Part shown: positions 13,492-24,485 of the stretch, piece after piece | Layout: every line of letters begins with the position of its first letter | Position numbering within the stretch: the stretch's first letter is position 1 | Assembly (NCBI GenBank): GCA_046563655.1 | Contig: CM102285.1 | Coordinates: forward strand, 13,764,001 to 13,828,000 | Source of the DNA: Yuukianura sp. NJ FZ-2021 | Taxonomy: Eukaryota | Length of the DNA: 64,000 nt | Direction of reading: 5' to 3' | Notes under the pieces: model-generated | Told to the model about the DNA's origin: nothing | The model's input: only the letters and a program-made list of their open reading frames with translations | Database searches by the model: none | Position numbers and translations under genes: made by a program

Positions 13492-16128
13492 ATGGAGATT
13501 TGGCAAAGTTTAATTCCTGTACTGCTCCTGGCTGTGTTCGGGTGGCATTCGAACATTGCCAATTCGGCGGTAATTGTGGAGCAAAATGGCGATTTAAAAG
13601 TCCCAATACTTTCACGCCATCAGCACTACAATAAGTATCAACAAAATTCAAATCACACGAACATTAACAATCTAAATGCAACAGTTCGACAATTCCAGGA
13701 AGCACTTACTAACTATGCCGTAAGTACATTCCACTTAATAAAATTCCAAATTTTTGCAGCAAAACTTCTTCTTTTTTCCAAAAGTTTTGTCCTTTCGGTA
13801 AAAAAGTTTTCAAAAAATGCTCGAAATCTTATTTATTATGAATCGAATCGAAACTTTGTTTCGAATTTGAAAACTTTTTTTTACTGAATTCACACAATTC
13901 GCTATTTTTTTTGCCTCCGAAAAAAAAAATCAGTTTAAATTCGGCAGCATATACGCTGTGATGTGTGTGATTTCATGTACGGCGTTCTTCAAAAATTTTC
14001 AAATTTTGAAATTAAATGTCAAGTTTTTTGGACTTTTGTGTGACTTATGCAAATACAGCGCGTTAATTCTTGTACTTTGGATTGGAAAGAACAAGGATGT
14101 TGTAAAAATCCACTTTTTCTCAATCTCTCTCCATTTCTTGGAAAGGTTCCATGTGATTTGGTCAGAAAGTGAAAAGATCAAAAGTGAAATGATCAGAAAA
14201 AAAAGGTCAGAAAAGGAAGGAACGTAACCAAACCTAACCTGAGATCTTTTGAATTCTGACCTTTTCACTTCTGATCATTTCACTTCTGACCAAATATTTC
14301 TGACCATTTCACCTGCTACGCTTGGAAATACCCGGACAAACAAATTGTTGCAAATTTTTTTGCATTTTTTCTTTTGTAAATTTAACAAACTGAATAGGAA
14401 ATTTGAAGAAGGTACACAATTTGTCTTTGTCAATAGCCGTATAAGCATGACACATAAATTGTGAAGTTCAATTACCGCTTCATTGTTTGATACATGTCAA
14501 CATTAGGACTTATTCTGTTAGTCATTGTCATGCAATTCACTTCGTGTCATGGACAATCCCACATTCATTCCCATCTTCAAAAAAAGAAGAAAAAAAAATG
14601 AAGTTGTGCAAATTGCAAAAGAAAAAAACGCAAAAGAAACTTTTTAGCACGAGCAATCAACGCTCTTTGTGTCTTAAAACTTTATATTCTTTCCTTGATT
14701 TCTGTTGATGGTTTCAACCTGATTTTAGTACAACAAAAAAATTCAAGGACGAATTTTTGGGGTGAAAAAAATTTGATTAGCGAAAAATTCAAGTTAAGGA
14801 AATCCAGACAAGCGTGGTTTTAAAGTACTGTTAATTAGTGCTAAAAATTTGGAAATATGAAGGGTTTTGCTTGACGCAATGGGGCGTCTTTATCACTTTT
14901 TCGGCTGGAAATCAAAAAAAGTTGCAAAAAACTTGCTTGTTGAAAAAAAAAACTGGAATTGTACTAAAAGTCGCCCAACTTGAAGCTAAAATGCTGAAAA
15001 ACTGATTTGTTTGAGAACGAATAGCCTTGAAATGGGACGATCTGAAAGTTTCAAAAAAGTTTTTAAAAAAGAGTCAAGGTTTAGTTTAACTAATTAAATT
15101 TTCTCATCACTGCTTTTTTTTTTAAATTTTCCAGGAACTTACGAATGCTTACTACTCTCCTGCTCCAAGCGAAACCGTCCGTGAGAAAAGAACGTAAGAA
15201 ATTCCCAACAGATGAAAAATTATTCCACACCAAGATAAAAATTTACGATTTCCATGGATTTTTTCCAAAATTGCTCTCTTCCGCCATCACCTCTTGCTCG
15301 TGTTTTACCAAAATTTTATGAAAATGATGAGAAATCTGTCAAGGAATACACAATTACTCACTAATTAGGAATCATGAAACCAAAATTAAAAAAAAAATTG
15401 TAAAACGAACGTTTTGAAAACGTTTTTTTAGACTTCGAGTTATCCAGGAAATTGTGAATTCAACCCACTCTAAATTCAAATTTAAAGAAAAATTGTGAAA
15501 CGAACGTTTTAAAAACGTTTTTGTTTTTTGTAGATTGCGGGTTATCCAAGGAATTGTGAATGCAACCCGCACTGGATTCAGTACTGTACGGAGTCTATTT
15601 TCTGGAGTTTTTGGCGGTGGGTCAAGCGGTGGTGGCTTCCGTGGCTTCTTTTCCAACTTGATCAACCGAATTCTCGTGTTCTTGACGAATCTGTGGGACA
15701 GGATTACTGGATTCTTCAGAGGAGAAGGATTTGGTGGCTCCAGTGGTGGTGGCGGCGGACTCTTCAGCAGCATCTTCAGCATCTTCCGACCACCGACGAC
15801 CACTACTGAGAGTTACTTTGACTCTGACTTTAGTTACTACTCATCTTCTACTGAAGCACCAGAAAAAGAGAACGAAGTTGCCGAAGCAGTTGGAGTAGCC
15901 GGAGATACTGGCAGTAGCAGCAACATTAGTGAAAACAAGGAGAAAGCGGAAGGAAAATATGACTTGATTCCGTTTCCGGGTGACTCTGATGTCAATTCCA
16001 GAAGTGGCAAGTCAATAGATGCTGCCAGTAGTCCAGTATCTTTGGCAGTGAAGACTGGAAGTGACTCTCCGCATGTCGTTAGCTCTCCATCGATCATTCA
16101 TCTTCTGGATGATGGCAGGAGGTTTTAA
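13492..16128 (+). CDS. Uncharacterised secreted precursor B; exons 13492-13719, 15135-15193, 15534-16128
   Basis: Signal peptide MEIWQSLIPVLLLAVFGWHSNIANSA; a 59-nt exon encoding ELTNAYYSPAPSETVREKR; core GGFRGFFSNLINRILVFLTNLWDRITGFFR, closely similar to precursor A. Confidence 0.85.
14155..14320. mobile_element. Degenerate MITE-like element related to 8320-8600
   Basis: Inverted arms (ggtcagaaagtgaaa.../...tttcacttctgacc), a central aacctaacct, and a right end ttctgaccatttcacct. Confidence 0.6.
15383..15573 (+). repeat. Tandem duplication (~95-100 bp unit) spanning an intron/exon junction
   Basis: aattgt(a/g)aaacgaacgtttt...tag|a(c/t)t(t/g)cg(a/g)gttatcca.g.aattgtgaat.caaccc occurs twice. 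Confidence 0.85.
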
Positions 16129-16381
16129 AATTGAATTCCTATTTTAGAATTTACGAAATTCTCCTTGAGACTCTTGAATCCTGATTTCCTGTTTTGCTTT
16201 TTAGTTCAGTCACAAGTGACTCTGATTAGCCAAAAAATGATGTAAAGTGAACAAAAAATTAAATAAGTTTAAAAACCTCAGTTATTCAAGAAATTACATC
16301 CACCATTTTTAATTAATTTGAAAGTATAGAATTACGGAACCATTAAAGGCTAAATGATCAGTAGAAATTGAAGTGCTTCTT

Positions 16382-17233
16382 TTAGTCCATTCGAGTTCGA
16401 ACGTTACGGACGGTGATTTTGTCCTTTTCACTGCAACAAACCAATCAGAATCAAGCAATTATTAGACCAATCAGGTGATAGGAAAACTGTAACGATATAA
16501 CTTACATAACGTAGACCTTAGCTCCCCAACCGGAAATGGCGTCGCGGTCACAAGCATTCACAAGACACTGTGAAACTACTTCAAACAATTCTGCTGGGCT
16601 GAGGTCTGGCTTATAAAGGGACTCGCACATCCCAAACATTTGTTCTTCCGGAGTTCCAGCTAAAACGAAGTCATCGGGGGAGTTTGCGCAGCCAATCAAG
16701 TCGTAAGCACAGATGAACGGAACGTTGTTTTCATCAAGACCAGCCAAGACGGGTTCGACGAAGTATGGTCCAAACCTGTAACAATTTTTATAGTTGAAAT
16801 GAATGGTAAAAAGTAGTTTTAACCCAATCTGCAGCTTACCGATGCTCATACAGAAGGTTGGCAATCATATTACTGTATACTTTTGGTGACAGTTTCCGAT
16901 TCTCTCGCAATTCATAAAGATTAGCTCGAAACTTGAGTCGTTGTTGAACAGTGATAGTATCCGTGGCTAATCCGGGAAGGCCTACAAGCATCTTAGGCCC
17001 GGCTTGAAATATTTTGTCAAAGTCAGTTCCAATTGTTTGTAGTTGAGCTCCGAAACGAAGGTCAGAGGCGATGGCCACGCATTCCTTTCCTTTCATAGCC
17101 AAGACAGCTCCTCCATTGTAGGATAGAATTGACTGAAATAAGCCAGGATAAGGATATCATGTAAACTGCTTGCGGGAGAGCCGCCACTCTTTTGTGACAA
17201 TGGTTAGTTGTAATTGTACTGTACACTTACCAT
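16382..17233 (-). CDS. PSMB3: Proteasome subunit beta type-3
   Basis: [29 protein letters not shown]...[20 protein letters not shown]...[13 protein letters not shown]...VRNVRTRMD*. The first coding exon is ATG only. Confidence 0.97.
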
Positions 17234-17625
17234 TTCTGTGCGCTTCTGTATTCACCACGTCAATTATTCTCAGCTGTCTACTGTCACTGTCGAACTAGAA
17301 ACAAAATGGAAAATTATTATCATAAACTTAACATAAAAATCAACCGGAACTAAGTAAACTCTTTCACAAAAACCGGATTCGGAAATTCATGCTCAAATCG
17401 GCCTCATATTAACGCTACAAATAACGCCTCTTTAAAAATTCCCAATTCCAAAACAGCATAACACAGAGACCAATGCAATGGTTGAAATCAAAAACTATAT
17501 AATTTACCTTTCTTTACTGGTTAACTGGACTGAAGTACTGATGAGACGGATGACCGATTGATTCCCAAATCCAAATTCCAAACACCATGAAAAACAAACT
17601 TGTGATTGATTGTGGAAAAAAAATT

Positions 17626-18319
17626 GGTTGAAGTAAACTTTGACTCTGTCCGTTGTACCCCCCGAAATGCATTGTATTGTACCCCCCTGTGTTAATCCAT
17701 CGCGGGAAATTCAAAAAAACAACAAATCGCACCCTCTAGTGTTTGTTTTTTTAATTGCACAGAGATTTCTTCGCTGTACCCCCTCACTGTACCCCCTATT
17801 GTATTTAAGAAGTGGCAACGACGGAGGTTTTGAAAATAATGATTGAATTGATTTGTTATGGTAATTATTTCAATTAAATTAGCCGAGCGAAGCGAGGCTA
17901 GGTTAGGTTAGGTCAACTTGCGAAATAGTGATTGCATTAATTACAGTTGTGACCAGAAAAAGGAAGCAATAACTATTAGGTAAGCAATTCCGTAACTTGA
18001 CCTAACCTAACCTAGCCTCGCTTCGCTCGGCTAATTTAAATGAACATGAGAATTGAAATATTTACCAGAAAATGATTGTGTGAAGAGGGGTACAATGTTG
18101 CAAATGATTAAAAAAAATTCCAGCGTTGCCACTTCTTAAACTCAATGGAGGGGTACAATGAGGGGGTACAAAGCAAAAATCTCTTCGAAACTGAAGTCAG
18201 TTGCACTAGAGGGCGCGATTTGTTGCTTTTTTAAATTTGCCGCCACGGCTTATAATGTGGGGGTACAATACAATGCAATTCGGGGGGTACAACGGACAGA
18301 GTCAAAGTTTACTTCAACC
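17626..18319. mobile_element. Palindromic non-autonomous DNA transposon (MITE), 694 bp, 8-bp TSD AAAAAATT
   Basis: Ends GGTTGAAGTAAACTTTGACTCTGTCCGTTGTACCCCCCG / CGGGGGGTACAACGGACAGAGTCAAAGTTTACTTCAACC. Nested inner inverted repeats at 17872-17916 and 17997-18041. TSD at 17618-17625 and 18320-18327. Confidence 0.9.
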
Positions 18320-18750
18320 AAAAAATTGACAATGAATTTGCCAAATTCAAACTTGAACTCTTCGCGCGGAAATAAATTTTCAAATGCAAAGCGGGGTGTA
18401 GTGAGACTCAGGAAAAAAAAACCCGCGGTTCTCGAGGCTTCAAATTTGTTTCATAACTCACATTTTTTTCTCGAATTTTTCATAAAATTACTACAATTAA
18501 ATAATTGGTGAATCTTTTTTGCTTTCGAAGCAGCTGATCGGCTTTAAAAATCTGCTAAAACCAATTACCGAGCAGGGGAGTTTTCGGTAATTCGTCTCCT
18601 CATTCACACATCGGTCAGGCTTGACTTAATTGGAGAGTAAAAGGTAACTTAATTTGTGCAATACATTTTAATATCGCTAAAAATAAATGAATGAAATTGA
18701 AAATTACATGAAATTCGGTTCCATGTTTTGGACAGGAATACCAAACAACA

Positions 18751-19045
18751 ATGGGTTTCGTGGACTCAGTATACCGAAACGTTTTCCGGCGAACTTCAAC
18801 ATTCGCACTGACTGTTGTAGGAGCAGCGTTCATCTTTGAGCGGGGATTTGATATGATTTCGGATCATATCTTCGAATCAAGAAATAGAGGGGTAAAGTCA
18901 CACAACTTACCTACCAATACCTTAAGTAATCAATCAATTCATGATACAAACTTAATGACTAATCTAATCTATGCTATCATTTTAACAGAAACTATGGGCT
19001 CATATTAAACACAAATACTGCGAGGAGGGTGCTGAGGCTGAGTGA
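18751..19045 (+). CDS. UQCR10: Cytochrome b-c1 complex subunit 9 (QCR9); exons 18751-18891 and 18989-19045
   Basis: MGFVDSVYRNVFRRTSTFALTVVGAAFIFERGFDMISDHIFESRNRG|KLWAHIKHKYCEEGAEAE*. Confidence 0.96.
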
Positions 19046-19579
19046 TTGAACTGCCGATTCACTTCCATCTAATAGTAACTCTGCAACAGTTTTTCCAGCA
19101 AGAAGATTCGCGAGGTCATGGAGTTAGTCAATCAAAACAGAAAGCACACAACATAACAAAAAGTCAATGTAGTAAGTTCTTTGTTAGGTCAATTTGAGTC
19201 CTATTTCAAAATAAAACACAAGTAACAAGCGCAGTATTCGCTTCAAATGGTTTATTTCTTCAAAAATGTAAAAAGTACAATTCGTCTTACCAAATATCGT
19301 GGAGTTTTTAGAAAATTCCAATTCACAATCATTCAAATCTCTTTACGAAGTAACACAAATCAAAATCAAAGGTTAAGGCCTAACCAAGAGGAGTTCTAGT
19401 ACAAAAGCAGTAAGAAAGTTTATGAAAAAGTGGCAGAAGAAGTTTAAGTAATGACGTTAAAGATGTAAATTCCTTGGCCTTAACATGTAAATCAAGAAAA
19501 ATTGGAGAAAGTTGCTAAATGTCGACTGAAAATGAGCAAGTAAGAAGCTCCTGAGTTGCTTTGGATGTGCCAGTATTTC

Positions 19580-22019
19580 TTACTGTGGAGGCTGCACGTT
19601 GTTATGGATTTGATGAAGATTACGACGCTGCGACGGGAGTGGAGCAAATGCTGGACTCATTGGATGCGTCAATGGTTTGCTTGACTGCTTGACTTCGAAA
19701 GCTCGCGTGCCTTTTATCGGTTGAGCCTTGTGGACCAACTGCTTGCGAAGTTCTTGAGCCTGTTTTTGTTCCATGAGCAAACGATTTGCTTCATCCTGAA
19801 ACAAAGTTAAAAAAAAGTTGAAAATCCAACTGAAAAACAAGCATGAGCGTGCAATTTTAAAAATCGCTTGAGACTTTTAACACTTGAGCATGCCGAATCA
19901 CCTGTTCACGTTGTTCTTGTTCAAACAGTTCCTTCTCTCTAAGCTGAGACTCAAAAAAATCTCGTTCCTGAGCACGTCTATCAGAATTTAGTTGAATATC
20001 CAAAGGTTCAGTGGGCAACTTGTCACTTGGTTCCGGTTCAAAAGGTTGTTTAAAAATGACAATGGGAGGGTTAGCATGAAATGTCGCCTGTTCCTTTCGT
20101 AGTCGTTCCTCATCTTCCAACTAAACAAAATCCCAATTGAATTGAATTTTTCGAAAAACTTGTTTTTTTAACTTTTAGAAAAATGATTTTTAAAACAGGC
20201 TAACCTTCTTTCTGAATATTTCCTGGTGCTTGGTCCCTCTCTCATCTACTTTTAATTGAAAAGGTGCCGGATTTGTAACCGGAATTGGATTTTTTGGTGG
20301 AAGATGCGGCTTAAATGAAGGCAAGGGATTTGCATGAAAAATGTGACGTGGGGCTTCTTCCTTCTCTCGTTCCTTAAGTAAAAAATTGATTCACGTTAAT
20401 CGATTATCATCTACCGTGTCAACAATAATCTTTGGGAATCTCAAGGATCGTGTCAAGCCCAAGCGATTTTTTAGTTTTACATGCCGAGGCGTTGAACTCT
20501 TTGCTATAAAAAACTGAACAACTAACCTGTTGTCGCAATTTCTCTTCCCTGAGACGTTTCCTTTCTTTCTCGCGTTCCTCAAAGCTGAATGGCTTCATGA
20601 CCGTGGCAGGTTTGTCAGCATGACGAATCAATGCTGGTGACGGAGATCGTCCACGTCCAGTACTGTTGGTGCCACGAACAGGAGTAGATGGCACAGAACG
20701 AAATGCGCCACGGTGACTGCCAGCAGCATCTCCCGATTTTGGATCCAAGTTTTCTTTGACTCCGACAGTTGCTGTGGGCTGTAATGAAAAAAACACACAA
20801 ACCTTCTTGTATTTGACAACTAGACAAACAACAGACTAATATGGCACCGGGCACCACATCTACCATTTTATTTTTACATTTTGTAGATTTGACTTGACTT
20901 ACAGATTGATAAGCACTCATGTGTCGCGAGCGGATGCGATCATCAGAAGCGAAATGCGGTGCAACAGCAACAGTTGCTCTCACTTCAGGTTTGTCCTTGA
21001 GTCCGGTTGGTCCGCCATGAAGAACTTTCAGTGGAGCTGGACGAGCTCTGAAGCCAGGTCCAACATCTTTCTTGTCCTAAAAAGAAATGATTGGTTAGTA
21101 AGCAAAAACTTAATTCGTTTCATTAGTTAAGTTAGTTAATTAAGTTTTAATTAAGTTAATTACTCACAGCAGGAGCAGGGTGATCAGCTGGACGGTGTCG
21201 GGCACTGTGAAAGTGAAACGGCTTAGGAACAGTGACACCAGTGGCAGTGCTGATCAATTTCCGTGGAATTTCTGAATTAATTGCAGCAGGATGTGCAACT
21301 CGTGGTGCAGGGGCAGTAGGGGGAAGTGGATGCTCGACTTCAACTTCATTCAGCGCTTGTTCAACTGCTACCAGTGGTGGTTGGTCCTGTTCCTGAGGCT
21401 CTGGTGATGCGACCACAACAGGAACGAGCTCATCCGCTGCAGGAACTGGAACTGGATCAACATTTTCGATGTTCTCAACTTCTTCAGCAATGGGAGCATG
21501 AGGTGGCGGAACTGGATCCGAATCGTTGCCATCGATAACCAGGTTTTCCAAGGCATTTGCCAAGGCTGAAATCTGGTGAACATTTTCGGGGCTTTGATCA
21601 TCGTCCGGGACCGGATCTTGATCAGCTGCCAACGGAAGATTCTCGACTTGTTCTGCATCACCGCCACCCATTTCGATCTGATGATCTTCAGCATCAGCAA
21701 TAGCATCTTTTCCTTCATCATTTCCTGCAAGTGGAATGACGGCATCCTGTTCCTGGTCCTTGTCAATCTCATCTGAACTTCGACGCTCGTCGACTACTTG
21801 CAAATCAAAATCTTCCTTCTTGTCATCCACGTATTCTTTGACTTCAAAAAACTTGAGAGCCGGATCCTCCTCGTCATCATTAATCATACTGAGAGCATGG
21901 AAATCCACGAATTGCGGTGCCTCAATTGAGTCGTAGTCAATATGTAGTTCATCGTCCACTCGCTCCATGTTAGAAAGTCGGGTTCCTGCGGCTGTTTCCC
22001 TGTCTACATTAAGATTCAT
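19580..22019 (-). CDS. TPX2: Targeting protein for Xklp2 (spindle assembly factor), multi-exon
   Basis: C-terminal TPX2 domain (FHANP...LPTEPLDIQLNSDRRAQERDFFE...LRKQLVHKAQPI...KPLTHPMSPAF), repeated TVPKPFHF / TVMKPFSF motifs, and N-terminal YDSIEAPQFVDF. Confidence 0.88.
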
Positions 22020-22063
22020 ACTTTACACACAGTTTCACCTTAACTTTGTAAAAAACCTCTTTC

Positions 22064-22944
22064 GGTTGGAGAGTAGATCCGCAGTCTGTTTTTCTTAGTC
22101 GTTTTTTCGACATGGACATGCTCCATGATAACCGAAAAAATGACCTATACAAAAGTTGTTCCTCTTGAAAAGATAAGCAACTTTTACGGGAACCATTTTT
22201 CTCTGTGACCTTTCCTTGAGGTCACAGGTCAAGGTCAAAAGGGGTGTTCCCTGACAACCCACAAAATGGTCCCTGCGAAAGTTGTTCCTCTCCTCAAAAG
22301 CTACAACTTTCATTAAGACCATTTTCGTCTGTGACCCTTTCTTCGGGTCAAAGGTCAAGGTCAACTAAGAATCTCCTGACAATCGAAAAAATGACTTCTA
22401 CAAAAGTTGTTCAGTTCAATGAGTAGATCATTTTTTGTCCTATGACCTATGACCCTGTGACGACTCCCTGAGGTGTCATCTCAAGGTGAAGGTACGTCTC
22501 CTGGATTCGAGGTTTAAAAAAACCTAACTTATAGTCTCAGGGAGCCGTCACAGGACCATAGGTCATAGGATAGAAAATGATCTACTCATTGAGCTGAACA
22601 ACTTTTGTAGAGGTCATTTTTTCGATTGTCAGGAGATTCTTAGTTGACCTTGACCTTTGACCCGAAGAAAGGGTCACAGACGAAAATGGTCTTAATGAAA
22701 GTTGTAGCTTTTGAGGAGAGGAACAACTTTCGCAGGGACCATTTTGTGGGTTGTCAGGGACCACCCCTTTTGACCTTGACCTGTGACCTCAAGGAAAGGT
22801 CACAGAGAAAAATGGTTCCCGTAAAAGTTGCTTATCTTTTCAAGAGGAACAACTTTTGTATAGGTCATTTTTTCGGTTATCATGGAGCATGTCCATGTCG
22901 AAAAAACGACTAAGAAAAACAGACTGCGGATCTACTCTCCAACC
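22064..22944. mobile_element. Foldback/MITE, 881 bp, with ~410-bp near-perfect inverted arms and 8-bp TSD CCTCTTTC
   Basis: Ends GGTTGGAGAGTAGATCCGCAGTCTG / CAGACTGCGGATCTACTCTCCAACC. TSD at 22056-22063 and 22945-22952. The mirror 89-aa ORFs on the two strands differ by one residue. Confidence 0.95.
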
Positions 22945-23675
22945 CCTCTTTCTGTTACTAAATTCCTTTGTCTAAATTACCTTACCGTTCTTGTAACCGG
23001 CCACAGTGCGAAGCGTCACACGACGAGGGGCGAATGCGTAGAGTAAAAGGGTAACAGCGATGAGTTCCAGAAATTGAATGTAAGCATAAAAAGTGTCTGA
23101 CACTCCAGCAGCGTCCAGTGCGGAAGGTGACTGTTGAGTGTTGAATGATCGTTCGTACAAAAGTGACCTCTAGAAATACAAAACAAACGGAGCTTCTTTA
23201 TCTTCCTTCTTTCTCTGCAGCAATCTCCCACCTAAAAATCAACCGACAAAAGTACGCCAGAAACAGATGAGATGGACAGAGAAGGGAGGAGGAGCTGTAA
23301 TCTTTTTGGCGGTTTTCTGAAAACGTCTTGCCGCGCTTCGTTCCAAACTCACGGTCTCAATTTGCCCCATCCCAAAACCCACCATGACAAAATTTTGTTC
23401 AAACAATAGCGAAAAAAAAAACAACAAAATCTTAATACAGTAGCAAAAAAATTGACTAAAAAATTCTAAAAAGAAAAAGATTTTAAGCAGTCATCGAGTT
23501 CAGTGAGCTATCATTTTAATTGGTATTTTACAAAGGACGACTATCAATTTTCAATGTATTAGGTGATTGGGTTCGGCTCGTTGGAGTTCACGAGGACAAG
23601 ATGACGAATGTAGATCTTCTTTGGTTTTAGATGAATCCCAATCTTCATTACTTCATTTTCCAATCCGAATTTAAA

Positions 23676-24017
23676 CTAATCTTGACTCACTGTGACACAA
23701 AAACAAGTTTATTAATTAACATGAATAATTCGGTTCTTTATGAATTTAGTGTCAATTGAATAACTCACCAATGGGCTTCCCATCCTTCCATGTTGTAAAT
23801 TTGATTAGGCATTCTTCTCGTTTAGCTGCCTCTGCTCTGGCTTCAGCCTTCAATGCAGTTCGTACTACTCTGGCAGCAATCGTTGAGTATTGGATGTAAC
23901 TGTAACAAAAAAAAAGAAGTAAAAACTTAGGAATTGGGGCTGGGCCGGCACGTTTTATATTTTATCAAAATGCCACGAATTGACTTACTTGAGACCAGCA
24001 GCTCTCCAGAACGTCAT
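23676..24017 (-). CDS. ATP5F1E: Mitochondrial ATP synthase F1 subunit epsilon; exons 24017-23989, 23899-23769, 23689-23676
   Basis: MTFWRAAGLN|YIQYSTIAARVVRTALKAEARAEAAKREECLIKFTTWKDGKPI|VSQD*. Not present in the ORF track because the exons are short. Confidence 0.93.
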
Positions 24018-24485
24018 TTTGCTTGTACTTTGTACAATTTCCTTTCAACAGGAACCAATTATAATTCAATCAGTGAAGTTGAGGATGGAGTTAATCGATT
24101 AGAGATGGAACAACGACCAACCAGCTGATTGAACGCAGAGACTCAAAATAAATTCAAAATCTCCGAAATTCAAATTCCGCAAAAGTTTGTTCAAACTTTC
24201 CCACATTTTTTGTTGATGTTTCATATTCAAGCGCTAGATGATAGCACAATACTATTTCTTATTAGCAAATGACGCTACTCCTTTCAATACTAATTTTGTT
24301 TTTCGTTTTAAATAATTTGCTTTTGCTTTTCTGGAGTATACACTTTGATTTCAATTTTTGATTGCTTGAAAGATTGGTCATGATTTTATTACTTCAACAC
24401 GAAGATTGCTGTAGTATTTTGGTTTCCAAAATCAAAAAAATTCGTAATCGGTATAAAAATATTATTCCCACTTTGTTTTGGTAAT

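Noticed and set aside
22095..22913. Mirror-image 89-aa and 60-aa ORFs on opposite strands
   Set aside because: They are by-products of the inverted repeat arms and have no transposase motifs.
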